Shown here: in pieces, positions 1 through 11,874 of the stretch
How positions within the stretch are numbered: position 1 is the first letter of the stretch
How the letters are laid out: each line of letters begins with the position of its first letter
Made by a program: the position numbers and the translations under genes
Notes under the pieces: generated by a model
Told to the model about the DNA's origin: nothing
What the model saw: only the letters and a program-made list of their open reading frames with translations
The model's database searches: none
Assembly (NCBI RefSeq): GCF_964194155.1
Contig: NC_135905.1
Span: forward strand, 12,152,001 to 12,216,000
Length of the DNA: 64,000 nucleotides
Direction of reading: 5' to 3'
Source of the DNA: Cetorhinus maximus
Taxonomy: Eukaryota

Positions 1-943
1 ATAGAGAAAGAAGCATTAGCTGCTACATGGGCTTGTGAAAAGTTTGAAGATTACATTCTTGGTCTCCACTTTAAGATAGAGACAGGCCACAAATCCTTGG
101 TGACACTCTTAAATTCTAAGGAGCTAGTAAAAATGTCTCCACAAGTACAATGATTCAGACTGAGGATGATGAGGTTTGATGCAAATACAGAATACATTCC
201 AGGAAAGCAGCAATATACAGAGGAAGGTTTGTACCGTATCCCAGTTACATGGGCCCAAAGAAGGTGATGTAGCCCTTGTTGAAGAGGTAGAAATCTTTGT
301 ATCGACAACAGCCACAGCTCTACCAGCAACAACTCAACTCATTACTCTCCCACACACTCTTGCCACAAGTACAAGCTGATGTCTTGGACCAAGTGAGAGG
401 GAAAGAGGACAAATATCATTACAGCCACAAGGCACACAACCAGCCAGATCTCCAAACAGGAGAGTCAGTTTGGATCTGAGACCTAGCTTGCTATGGGCAA
501 GTGGTTGAACTAACACCCCATCCATGGTCCTACCTCATCTAAACAGTGCACAGTACGGTGAGATGGAACAGACGTGTGCTGGTTGGCACACAGAAGCAGC
601 CTCCTACCCTGTGGATGCAGTCATTTACACAATCTAACCAGCTAGGGATGCTGCATTCATCCACCAATCCAGATGACAACCTGACTGGTAAACCTGGGTC
701 ATCTACCAATTCCCCTTCTGCCCAGCAGAGTGTGAGAGACCACACCAAGTACTCAAACCCCCCCCAATACCCACAAAGGAGAAGAGGACCCATTCTAGTA
801 GATTCGTGAAACTGCCACATCAATTCTCCCTATAAGAAGGCAGGAAATAAAAGGATGTAAGAGTTACAATGCGCCAGGATTTACAGTTGTGATTGGTTTG
901 ATCTTCGCAATATAGAAATTGAAATCAGAGACTTGGAGGGAGA
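1..943 (+). mobile_element. Ty3/Gypsy LTR retrotransposon internal remnant (decayed pol, RNase H region onward, heavily deleted)
   Basis: Frame 1 from base 1 reads IEKEALAATWACEKFEDYILGLHFKIETGHKSLVTLL...Q*FRLRMMRFDANTEYIPGKQ, a Gypsy RNase H motif with an in-frame stop. A polypurine tract (GGAGGGAGA, 935-943) directly precedes a TG LTR start. Confidence 0.85.
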
Positions 944-1127
944 TGTAGTGTAATGGATTAACTCTAACTGTTTAACATGCTAGTCAGATACTGTGTACAT
1001 CATCACAGGAAGTGAAGTAACATCACATGATTTACACTATTGTACAGCTTCATGGAAGATGTAGCCCGAGCAGTAAGATGTGTTCCAATAAAGCTCGTGT
1101 ATTATATACCTCAACAGACTCATTACA
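944..1127 (+). mobile_element. 3' LTR of the Gypsy element (~184 bp)
   Basis: Starts TGTAGTG after the PPT, ends CATTACA (near-inverted termini), and has AATAAA at ~1087. Confidence 0.75.
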
Positions 1128-1159
1128 TATTCTGCATTACTTGAACAATACCATATTAT

Positions 1160-1325
1160 AGTCACCATCCCTTCTGCAACTGGAAATAATTTGTCCTTAT
1201 TTACTCCATCAAAGTCCTTCATGATTTTGAATGCCTCTATTAAATCTCTCCATAACCTTCTCTACTCCAAGGGGCACAGTACCAGTTACTCAAATCTCTC
1301 CATATTTCTAAAGTCCCTGATATCA
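1160..1325 (-). mobile_element. CR1 LINE 3' ORF2 fragment
   Basis: Minus-strand translation MKDFDGVNKDKLFPVAEG matches the CR1 ORF2 C-terminus seen at 5484-6101. Confidence 0.7.
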
Positions 1326-1439
1326 ATCCGGTAGTCCACCCTATATCTTCCTATGCCGAGAATCATACTGACAGTAGGTCATGTGACATTACATACACTG
1401 AGAGTTTGGATTTGGGAGATGCAAATTTCTTGGCAAATT

Positions 1440-1740
1440 CAACAACAACAACAACTCACGGTTACAAATAATCTTTAACTTGCTTTAAATGTCCCAAGAC
1501 TTCACGGGAGCATTATGACACAAAATTTGACACCGAGCCATGTGAAGATATATTAAGGCAGATGACCGAAAGTGGAGAGGGGATTCCAGAGCTTGGGGCC
1601 TGGGCATGCTGGAGACATGGAAACTATGGGATCTGCAAGAAGCCGGGGTTAGAGGAACGCGGAGATCTTGGAGGGCGGGTAGGGATGGAAAAGGTTACAG
1701 AGATAGAGAGGGGTGGTAGGGAGGGATTTGGAAATGAGGT
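1440..1740 (-). mobile_element. L2-like LINE 3' end fragment
   Basis: (CAA)n tail followed by sequence shared with copies at ~26205-26380 and ~49430-49500. Confidence 0.55.
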
Positions 1741-1922
1741 ATTTCTGGACAAAACAATCTGTACATCCCCATCAAAAAAAAAACAAAAATGAAGACTGTT
1801 TATAAAATCGCATTGTTAACATACTTGCACAACTTGCTCAAAGTGGCCTTATCATTTACAGCAACTCAAGCAAAACCGCTTTCTCTTGTGGGTGACATAA
1901 GCAGTTGTCCGCTTGAATCACA

Positions 1923-2822
1923 GGCTGGAATTTTCCAGATCCAGTTGCGTCAGGCGTCATGGCGGTGGGGGGCGGGCAGGGGGAAACATTGTGGCAAGAA
2001 GGCCAAACGTTTGCGATCGTCTGCTCTGCCCATCAGTGGCGGGCCACACTTCCTGCTGCCACACATTAGGAATCTAATCTCACTATTTTAGCGGCTCATT
2101 ATAAACCCTGCTTGCCGGAATCATCCCCCCCATGCTTGGTCATCCGGGATCACACTGGCATGTTTCACAACTGTACGTCAGCAACGTGCGCCTGGTCAGC
2201 TGCATTTCATTCAGGAGTTCGAGGTTTGTTGGCCTACTTTGCTTCGGGCAGCACTCGTAGTCATCAGCGCCAGGCTTCGCAGGCAGAACCTCATCACTTT
2301 ATGGGGGCTCACGGGCAGGTCTCCACCTACCAGACCCACCGTAAGGCGGGGGTGGCTTTTCAATGGCTGCAGGGCTAGGGCTTGCTTGGGGAAGGGGGAG
2401 AAGCGGCCTCAGGCAAGGGAAGAGGCTGCAGGATGAGAGCTGTACTGAACAAGGAGGGAATCCCAGAGTGTGTGTGTGGAGGCACATGTTGGTCTGTGCA
2501 AGTGGACTCAAGATGGTGAGAACTCCTCTTGGGTCTTGGGGTCATGTCTTCACCGGAGCAGTCCTGGGCTACAAGCATTGAGAAGTGTGCACACAGCTGC
2601 AGTTTAAATATGGCACCCAGCGTGAGGAAGCGGCGAGGTAATGGCATGGTGGGCAAATCGGAGGCTGCCTGGCAGTGAGATGGCGTGTTTCCTGTGGCCG
2701 CATAATTAATAAGGTGGGAATGGGGCGATACGGCGCGAAAACCCGCCATTGTGGCCAGCGGGTGAAACGACTGTTTTCCCACTAGCTACTGCACTTTGTG
2801 CAGATCTGGGACAATTCCACCC
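1923..2822. mobile_element. Non-autonomous PIF/Harbinger-type element, 900 bp, with TIRs and 3-bp TSD
   Basis: Left TIR GGCTGGAATTTTCC; right TIR (reverse complement) GGGTGGAATTGTCC. ACA flanks both sides (1920-1922, 2823-2825). The right end shares motifs with the Myb-bearing end at ~8250-8480. Confidence 0.8.
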
Positions 2823-3039
2823 ACAGTGTGGAGATCATAAAGGCAAACTTGCTTCATTGACTGACGTAGGCAGAAGGATGCCATACAAACACACTTAGTG
2901 CTTATTGACCAACATTGGCTTTGCTTGCTCATGCTTGTATCTTTTTTTTAAAGATCTTGTATCAAATCAGAAAAGTCTCTAAGGGTGATCCTCATAGAAA
3001 AAGTGTTTGACAATCCTTTCATTTATTTGCAACTACACT

Positions 3040-3705
3040 CAGCTGTGGCTCAGTTCATAGCACCCTCGCCTTTGAATCAGAAGGTTGTGGGTTCATGTCC
3101 CACTCCCGGAAACCAAGAACTGTGAATGTACTCGAAAAAGTTACAATCTGTGACTGTTGATAACTCGAAAGAGTTACACGTTGCAATATGCAAATTACAT
3201 TATCTTATCACAAGTGTATCATATCAAGCTGATGATAGCTCCTCCTCCCAACTCAAACTTAAAAACCTTTTCTAAATGCTTTGTGAGCAATGAGTGACTT
3301 TTAACCTTCTGCCTTTATTCCTCTCCTCCTGTCTCATTGTCTATTATATGAGCCGGGCTGACATTCCAGAACATTGCAGGAGTGCTACATTGGCAGGGGC
3401 GCGATCCTTTTGCTTAGATTACACTGAGATCCAAGCTGCCTGTCCAAGTGGTCCATGTGACTTTTAAATATCCCTTGACACCATTCAAAGTCTTCCAGTG
3501 TCCTAGCCAATATTTCGCCCTCAACCAAAAACAGATGCACTGTTTGTGGAAACTCCTGGGATCTCACTGTGCTTAAAATGGCTGTCGCTTTCACCGAAAT
3601 AACAGCAGTGATTGTACAACAAAAAAAATGTAGTTCGTTGTGTGAGGTGCTTTGAGATGCTTTTGAGAGACATGATAAGACACAGCATAAATACAAGTCT
3701 TTATA
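3040..3705 (+). mobile_element. Deu-domain SINE (SacSINE1/AmnSINE-like), interrupted by ~240 bp of unrelated sequence at ~3111-3354
   Basis: tRNA-like head with A box (TGGCTCAGTT) and B box (GGTTCATGTCC); body GGCTGACATTCCAG...CCAATATT...CCCTCAACC; tail ...ATAAATACAAGTCTT shared with other copies. Confidence 0.75.
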
Positions 3706-4359
3706 TCTATTGAACCACAATGGGAGTTTCCCTAAGCCAATGCCATGAGCCCAAACACACTACAACTACTGCCACAGAGCTGCACTCCTCAGAAATTTCA
3801 TAAGATGTCTTGCTGAATCTCATGGAGTAAGGTTACGTCTCCTCGACATGAATAATAGTTTCTGTCAATGGTGATATAAATAAAGAGGATCTGTTAAAAT
3901 TGAACCTGTGCAGCATTAGCAATCTTAATGGGGATTCAGGTAGAAATTCACATCAAGTGTAGACTGATGATATCAGTAACATCTCAAAGTACATTGTGCA
4001 TATCTCAAAACTGACAACTTTTGCTTTTTAGATGGTTTGGATATAGACGCAGTAAACTGGATTGGGGCAGTTTTAAAATTCCATCTTATCTTTGACACGG
4101 GGGTTTGAGTCCAGCTAAGACAAATAGGATGAAAATGCCTGCCATTTGATGATTAATAAAAGATCACAAGGGAAATAACCTGCAGGCAGCCTCTATCTTT
4201 AAGTGTAAATCCACGGTGTTATTGGGACCAATTAGGCTATCACAAGCTGGGATAATGTTGGAAATAGATGTGTCACACAGCAACAGTCAGGGGATAAACT
4301 TCTGAAGCACTGGTTAAATATTCAACACAGGCAGAGTTCTAACCTTTGTCAGGCGCTAA

Positions 4360-5151
4360 GGGTGGGATTTTTCGTATCTTCCCACTGCTGGTATCTTCCA
4401 GAATGGGCTTCTGGCTGGGCCGCTGCCTCTCCCCCGGCGTTTCCTGGCCTAAGGCCCGAATTTCCTGGCCGCTGCCTCTCCCCCGGCGTTTCCTGGCCTA
4501 AGGCCCGAATTTCCTGGCCGCTGCCTCTCCCACGGCGTTTCCTGGCCTAAGGCCCGAATTTCCTGGCCGCTGCCTCTCCCCCGGCGTTTCCTGGCCGAAG
4601 GCCCGAATTTCCTGGCCGCTGCCTCTCCCCCGGCGTTTCCTGGCCGAAGGCCCGAATTTCCTGGCCGCTGCCTCTCCCCCGGCGTTTCCTGGCCGAAGGC
4701 CCGAATTTCCTGGCCGCTGCCTCTCCCCCGGCGTTTCCTGGCCTGAGGCCCGAATTTTCACCAGGTCAGGTTGACTCAGGAGCCCTTTAAAAATGGCGGC
4801 AGATCCCGATTCTGGGATTCCCGACCCCCATTCTGGGCTGTCCAATTGTCGGGAGTGCCTTTAAGGGGTGCGGGCAGGCTCCTGTTAGATGCCCGCATCC
4901 CATACCCCCGACCTGGGCAGCTCCAATGCAGAGATAGGCACCTCCTACACCTCCGCAATTTTCATGGAGCCTGGCCAGCTCTTTAAAGAGTCATAAACCC
5001 TAGTGTTTACGAGAGGACCATTTAAAAGGTAAGTTCAAAAGGACCCCTTCGTGTCCCCAAGCCAAGTTACGTCCCCCCAACCACCTGCTATGTCCTGTCA
5101 TGCCCCCCGTGCCAAACTCTGCTCTTGCACCCACTCCCATGTCCTCTCATG
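4360..5151. mobile_element. Truncated Harbinger-type non-autonomous element containing a GC-rich minisatellite
   Basis: Begins TAA|GGGTGGGATTTTTC (same TIR class as 1923). Internal AGGTAAGTT..AAAGG.CCC motif is shared with 27966-29061. No right TIR. Confidence 0.55.
4418..4757. repeat. 49-bp tandem repeat, ~7 copies (GGCCGCTGCCTCTCCCCCGGCGTTTCCTGGCCGAAGGCCCGAATTTCCT)
   Basis: Units start at 4418, 4467, 4516, 4565, 4614, 4663 and 4712, and are nearly identical. Confidence 0.97.
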
Positions 5152-5259
5152 CACATTTACTCCTTTTCCCAATTATTTTGAATCTGTGCCCTCTAGTTCT
5201 TGATGCTCTCTTGAGTGGGAACAGTTTCTCACTATTTACCCTGTCCATACCCCTCAGTT

Positions 5260-6822
5260 CTTCCTGGTATCCTGGCTAGTATTTATCCCTATGGCACGAA
5301 AATAGATCATCTGGTCACTTCTATTTGCGAGAGTTTAATTGGCTGCCGTGTTTCCCACATGTAACCGTGACGACAGTTGAAAAGTATTTCACAGAATCTT
5401 TACAGTGCAGAAGGGGGCCATTCAGCCCATTGAGTCTGCACTGGCTCTCTGAAAGGGCATTCCACCAAGTCCCGCTGCCTACCTTATTCCCGTAAACTTG
5501 CACAGTATTTCTTTTTAGGTAGTAATTCCCTTTCGAATACCTCGATCAAATCGGCCTCCACCACCCTTTCAGGAGGTTCGTTCCAAACTCCAGCCACGCT
5601 CTGGGTGAAAACATCTTTCCTCACATCACATTTACTCCTTTTGCCAATTATTTTGAATCTGTGCCCTCTGGTTCTTGATGCTCTCTTGAGTGGGAACAGT
5701 TTCTCACTATTTACCCTGTCCATACCCCTCAGGATCTTGAACACCTCTATCAAGTCTCCTCTCAGCCTTCTTTTCTCCACGGACAAGAGTCCCAATCTCT
5801 CTGATCTATCCTCATAGCTACAGTTCTTCATCCCGGGAATCATTCTTGTGAATCTCCTCTGTACTCTCTCCAATGCCTTCACATCCTTCCTCAAGTATGG
5901 TGCCCAGAACTGGTCCCAGTACTCCAGATGAAGCCTAACTATTGTCATATACAATTTTAACATGACTTCCTTACTCTTGTACTCAATGCCCCTTTTAATA
6001 AAGCCTAAGATACTATGTGCTTTATGAACTGCTCTCTCCACATGCCCAGCCATCTTCAATGATCTATGTACATATACACCGAGGTCCCTCTGTTCCTGCA
6101 TCTCCTTTAGAGTCTCTCCCTTTATTACATACTATCTCGCCGTATTCTTCCTGCCAAAATGGATTACCTCACACTTCTCTGCATTGAACTTCATCTGCCA
6201 CTTGTCTGCCCAATCCACCAACGTGTCTGTGTCCTTTTGAAGTTCAAGACTATCCTCATCACAGTTTGCAACATTTCCAATCTTCGTATCAATTGCAAAT
6301 TTTGAAATCATGCCCTGCACACCACAGTCTCGGTCATTAATCTATATCAGGAAGAGCAAGGGTCCCAATACTGACCCCTGGGGAATTCCACTACAAACCT
6401 TCCTCCAATCTGAAAAACAACCACTTATCACTACTGTGTGTTTCCTGTCACTCAACTAATTTCTTATCTGTGCTTACTTTCCCTTTTATTCCATGACCTG
6501 GAATTTTGCTCACAAGTCTGTTGTGTGGCACTGCATCAAATGTCTTTTGAAAATCCATATGTATCACACATCAACAGTGTTTCCCTTATCAACCTTCTTT
6601 GTTACCTCCTCGAAAAACTACAGCAAGTTAGTTAGACATGATTTTCCCTTAATGAATCCATGCTGGCTTTCCTTAATTATCTTGCACTTGGCCTAAGTGA
6701 CTATTGATTTTATCCCAAACTATAGTGTCCAAGAGTTTCCCTACCACTGAGGACAAACTGTAAAGTACTTTGGGACATACTGAAGTTGGGAAAGGTGCTA
6801 AATAAATGTAGGTCTTTCTTTT
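5260..6822 (+). mobile_element. Deu-domain SINE 3' half, split by a CR1 insertion (pieces ~5260-5390 and ~6758-6822)
   Basis: ...GTTGAAAAGTATTTC | CR1 | CTGTAAAGTACTTTGGGAC...ATAAATGTAGGTCTTTC is collinear with intact copies. Confidence 0.7.
5391..6757 (-). mobile_element. CR1 LINE, 5'-truncated (reverse transcriptase and ORF2 C-terminus, frameshifted)
   Basis: ORFs 6132-6320 (ISKFAIDTKIG...WADKWQMKFNAEKCEVIHFG) and 5484-6101 (RDLGVYVHRSLK...LERVQRRFTRMIPG...RRLRGDLIEVFKI), then a CR1 3' UTR. Confidence 0.95.
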
Positions 6823-7252
6823 TTAACCCCTTACCTTGGGGTTACTCAAGTTACTCCTTGTTGAGCAGTGACTCGCTCAGAAGCCACTCTCACACACCTG
6901 ATGTAAGGATGTTTCACCGATACTCTTGAATTTATTCCTAGACATTTCCAAGGGGTGGTTGAGCCCCGAATTCAGAATTCAGGAGACTGCAGATCCCTTT
7001 TTTTAAAACAAAGTTCGAAAAATCTTCACCTTGGCACATTTCCCCATTGCCTTGTAGTACAAGGATTGTGAAGCTCAAAGTGTGCTGCAGGAGTAGAACC
7101 AACTCCCAAATTAAAGCAACACTAAACTTAAGGGTCTGTGGAGGTGGGAGAGTGGAAGGCCGAAAGTGACCCTGCCACCTCTAGAGCATCACTAATGTGC
7201 AAACAGACAAACAACAACAAAAAAAGCCGGAAAAGCCAGCATCTCAAACACA

Positions 7253-7466
7253 AGCAGAAACAGAAATACCTGGAAAAACTCAGCAGGTCTGGCAGCATCG
7301 GCGGAGAAGAGCACAGTTGGGTCTGTTGAAGGGTCATGAGGACTCGAAACGTCAACTGTGCTCTTCTCCGCCGATGCTGCCAGACCTGCTGAGTTTTTCC
7401 AGGTATTTTCTGTTTCTGTTTTTGTTATGGATTTCCAGCATCCGCAGTTTTTTGTTTTTGTTTTTA
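7253..7466 (+). mobile_element. Penelope-like (family A) terminal fragment as a fold-back, with a variant hammerhead core in the loop
   Basis: ~65-bp inverted arms (~7255-7319 and 7353-7418) flank CTGTTGA-AGGGTC-ATGAG-GACTC-GAAAC-GTC. Sequence matches the 3' end of the GIY-YIG element at 58970-59110. Confidence 0.85.
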
Positions 7467-8234
7467 CCTCAAACACAATGCTTACAGTCTTACAGTGCAA
7501 ATGTCTGAGTTCCCTATTGGATCCATTAGAAACTATCTTCTATTTATTTGTGACTAATTTATATTTGCAATGGAGAGTGGGTAAGACCAAGATTTTTTTA
7601 TAAGTTATATTAAAAACAAAAAAAAATTGTCCTCTTGTTAGCGTGAGTAGTGGATGAGGCCTCAAATTACTTTACAGTTCTGCGCTGATCAATCTTTTTG
7701 TTCTGCAAGGCCCTTCATTCCACAAATTACATTTGCTACTTGGTTTGGAATTACTTCTGACTGGGAGCTCTGTGTTTTGTTCCACTTATCACTCTGAGTG
7801 GGCCCCGCGGTGCTTTGCTTGGTTTAAAACATCATTAGCCAGGCAGAGCCTGTGTTGAGTCGGCGAGGAAGGTTAATGCAGACTAAATGACTGATGAACA
7901 AGGACACATCAATCTGTTTAAATTTCGTAATTGTACTCCAACAGTGACGGCAACTGTCTGGATCAATAAGACCCACAGGGCCAGGAGTTCACCTTTCCTT
8001 CCCTCAGTTCTGCGGAATTTCATTTCACAGGCCTCGATCGCATTGCAAATCAGAAGCTCGTTTTCCTCCTCAATTGATAATAATTCAGAAACGCAACGAA
8101 TTTGCTTACTGCACATATAATCCTATTCTGTACCTTTCACTAGCCGCTGCTTTTTAAGAAGGTCTAACAACTGCCATGAATCTTTACAGGTTGTGATTTG
8201 GGTCTTTTTAACGGCCACTGCTCTGCTCTCAACG

Positions 8235-9620
8235 TAATGAACGCTGTTTTACCCGCCGGCCCCAATGGCGTATCATTCACACCGTATCGTTCCCAAACCC
8301 CACCCCCGCATTAATTGCGCGTTCCCGGGAAACACGCCTTTTCCATGGCGGGTGGGCTCTCATTCGCCTGCCTCGCCATCACTTCGCCGCTTCATCACAA
8401 TGGGCGCCATATTTAAAGTCCAGCTGTGCGCTCACCTCCCAGTGCTTCCAGCCCATGAGTGCTGTACAGAAGTCTTGGCCCCGAAAGGCAAAATGACGGC
8501 TGCCCCCCAGGTTCAATGCCAACGTTTCTCGAGCACCTTTTGGACACAGCAGGTGCTCGGTGTGATGTCCTCTAACCCCACTCTGGCTGCAGGACGGGCA
8601 GCAAACTCGCTAATCCGGCTTGGGAGGCAGTCCAACGCCCGACAAAAGAGGACAGCCACCTAGTGCTGCAAGAGGATGAATGATCTCCTCCACTCTGCCA
8701 GGATAAGCCACTCTTCTCATCGCTCTCAACTCACACACTCACAAACCCATCACACATTCACAGGGCCCTCACTCACTGCCAGTTCAAGGGACATCACTAT
8801 TCACTCTCTCACACTCAACTTCATTGTCCTCATCCCATCCATTGGACCACTCACCACCCACACAGGCCAGGCATACTTATCATCTGGCCTGGCAGGCGTC
8901 CTGCTTACACTCCCTCCATCTCTATTCATGCAGGAAAAGCTGGCACACAACGAGAAGGAGAGGTGGCAGACCTGTGGCAGAATGCCTGAAATCAAGGTCC
9001 TCATGGACTTTGAAAACAGAGCCATCCAGCTGGCCGGCGATGACCGGGACCGGTCCTGTGCTGATGGTGAGGTTGGCGCTGCTCTACCAAGTGAGGATCC
9101 AGCAGTGCAACATCCATTACACAACCATGCTGTGAGTGATGTGTCCTGTTTCACAGGCCACTGCCATGCACTAATTATCTCTCCTTGCTTTCGCAGGCAC
9201 ATCTGCCAAACAGCCGACAGAGTCCCCGACCCAGGGCCTCCTTGACCCAGGCCATCAGTCCTGCACTGCTGTGCGGGCTGAACTCCATCGCTGATGTGCC
9301 CAGATGCCCAACTGTTCTGCAGTCCATGAAAACGCTAATCTCTTTGCAGTCTGTGCCCGAGGGGTGTAAAGCTCTGGAGCACTTGGTGGCACTTTCGTGC
9401 CTCGGCGTTGCTCGAGTGGGCAGAGAAGCTAGAGGCCCGACTCCAATCACATCAATGTGGCTGCGTCTGAACTGTCTCAGCTGCAGAGGAATGGTCATTT
9501 TATTCAAGGTGTCCTTAATGGGTGGCTGCTTCCCCCATTCACTGCCCCCCCACCCCACCCCACACATGTTTGTGCTCTACCTTCAACCACAGGGCAGCCT
9601 TTCCACCCCCCCACCCAAAT
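8235..9620 (+). pseudogene. Harbinger transposon Myb/SANT-like (NAIF1/MSANTD-type) DNA-binding protein gene remnant, with introns
   Basis: ...PAWEAV...KRTAT*CCKRMNDLLHSAR (to 8702) joins across an intron (decayed donor ATAAG at 8703, acceptor TTCATGCAG ending 8933) to EKLAHNEKERWQTCGRMPEIKVL...; next donor GTGAGG at 9091, acceptor TTTCGCAG ending 9196. Contains stops and frameshifts. Confidence 0.75.
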
Positions 9621-9644
9621 GTCACCTCAACCTTGAAGCCCAAC

Positions 9645-10580
9645 AGGCATCCCTCATCGTGTATTCCTTTGCCTTGTTAGTCCTCCAAAAATGCATCACC
9701 TCACAGTTTTCAGGATTAAATTCCATTTGCCAGAGTTCAGCCCATCTGACCAGCCCATCTATATCATCCTGTAGTCTAAGGTTTTCCTCCTCGTTATTTA
9801 CCACACCAACAATTTTTGTGTCATCTGCAGACTTACTGATCATACCTGCTACATTTATGTCTAGATCATTAATGTACACTGTAAACAGCAAGGGACCCAG
9901 CACCGAACCTTGCGGTGCACCACTGGACACAGGCTTCCAGTCACAAAAACAACCTTCAACCATCACCCTCTGCCTCCTGCCACTAAGCCAATTTTGGATC
10001 CAATTTGCCAAATTGCCCTGGATCCTATGAGCTCTTACCTTCTTGACCAATCTCCCATGTGAGACCTTGTCAAAAGCCTTACTGAAGTCCATGTAGACTA
10101 CATCAACTGCACTACCCTCATCTACACAACTAGTCGCCTCCTCAAAAATTCAATCAAATTTGTTAGACATGATCTTCCCCTGGCAAAGCCATGCTAACTA
10201 TCCTTGATTAATCCTCGCCTCTCCAAGTGGAGATTAATTCTGCCCCTCAGAATTTTTTCCAAAGGTTTCCCTACCACTGATATTGGACTCACTGGCCTAT
10301 AGTTCGCTGGTTTATCCCTACCACACTTGGTGAATAATGGTACCATATAAGCTGTCCTTCAGTCCTCTGGCACCTCTCCTGTGGCTAGAGTGGATTTGAA
10401 AATTAATGTCAGGGCCCCTACAATATCTTCCTTTGCCTCCCACAGCAGCCTGGGATACATCTCATCTGGGTCTGGGGGGTTTATCCACTTTTAAGACCAC
10501 TAAAACCATTAATACCTCCTCCCTCTCAATGCTAATTTGTTCAAGTATATCACAGTCCCCCTCCCTGATTTCTATACCTA
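9645..10580 (-). mobile_element. CR1 LINE reverse transcriptase fragment
   Basis: ORF 9622-10092: MDFSKAFDKVSHGRL...GAPQGSVLGPLLFTVYINDLD...ADDTKI. Confidence 0.95.
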
Positions 10581-10629
10581 CAGTCAAGTACATATCCATA
10601 AAAGGTAAAGACTTCAAAACTCCACTTGT

Positions 10630-11690
10630 GTAAAGCAATCATGGTCAAAAAAATAGGCTAAGGGGCAGAATGAAATGAAAGGGGAAGGTTTACACAAGTG
10701 CAAGGGAAAGTGGAAATTCAATAGACCGGAAAAAACTTTAAAAAGCAACAAAGGGATACAAGGAAAATGATGAGGTGCAAATAGGCAAAATGAAAAAAAC
10801 TTGCAAGGGATATCAAAGATAACGCAAAAGGCTTTTAGCAATATAGGAGAGTGATAAAGTGGATTGTGGGAGTATTAAAGGTGGATGCAGGCAAGTCTAT
10901 AACATAATATGAAAATGGAGACTTTGCCCATCCAGGACAAAGCTGCCCACTTGATTAACACCCCATCCACCAACTTAAACATTCACTTCCTTCACCAGTG
11001 ATGCACATGTGGCAGCCGTGTGTACTATATACAAGATGCACTGCAGAAATTCGCCAAGGCTCCTTCAACAGCATCTTCTAAACCCATGACCTCTATCACC
11101 CAGAAGGACAAAGGCAGCAGATGCATGGAAACATCATCACCTACACGTTTCCCTCCAAGCCACTCACTATCCTCATTTGGAAATATATGGCCGTTCTTTC
11201 ACTGTTGCTGGATCAAAATCCTGAACTCCCTTCCTAACAGCACTGTGGGTGCACCTCCACCACATGGACTGCAGCGGCTCAACAAGGCAGCTCACCAACA
11301 CTTTCTCAAAGGAAATTAGGGATGGGCAATAAAATGATGGCCTAGCCAGTGGTGCCCACATCCAATGAAAGAATAAAATCAGCACTTTGCATCCATTTTC
11401 AGTGCAAAAGAGAACAAAATACCAGCAGTACAGGGATACCTAAAAAATAAGGGAAGTGGAGAAGCCTAGTGGATTAAATAGCAATGGAGAAAATAATGGG
11501 ACTTAAAACAGGCAAATCTCTTGGACCTGGTGGTTTCCAGGTATTAAAAGAAATAGATGAGAAAATTGGAGAGGCTTATGCCCTAATTTACCAAAACGCT
11601 CCAGAATCAGGAAATATGGCCTTGAATTGGAAAATTGCAAATGTCAGTCCTTCATTTAAGAAGGGAAGGGGAGAGAAACCAATGTAAGCA
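10630..11690 (+). mobile_element. Old CR1 ORF2 fragment (~10630-10920 and ~11380-11690) interrupted by a family-B LINE 3' end
   Basis: ORF 11484-11687 LKTGKSLGPGGF..VLKE...NWKIANVSPSFKKG is the CR1 pre-RT region. Confidence 0.7.
10925..11378 (+). mobile_element. CR1/L2-group LINE family B, 3' end
   Basis: Diagnostic tail ...CTCCCTTCCTAACAGCACTGTGGG...GGACTGCAGCGG.TCAA.AAGGCAGCTCACC...TTAGGGATGGGCAATAAA; many copies in the window. Confidence 0.85.
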
Positions 11691-11874
11691 CTGAAGCATC
11701 TGTTAAACATTAGTTGTTTTCAGTGAAAACGCACATCGGACATTTTCAATAAGAGGTAGGTAGCTGGAATGCCTGGAATAAGTCTAAACAGCAAGTCTAA
11801 AATCCATACTATAGTCTCCATCTTGTTATTGGCAAAATTAGTGCACAAATTCTTAATGTGGAACTAATAGATAG

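Noticed and set aside
3040-3110. tRNA gene (also 13460, 14370, 38275, 47090)
   Set aside because: A and B boxes continue into SINE bodies and there is no complete cloverleaf; these are SINE heads.
4362-4845. Repetitive ORFs over the 49-bp array
   Set aside because: The 49-nt period is not a multiple of 3; the ORFs are by-products of a GC-rich repeat.
9185-10030. Longest ORF in the track (281 aa) as a novel protein
   Set aside because: It is a chimera of Harbinger remnant and the antisense strand of CR1 RT, which is often stop-poor.
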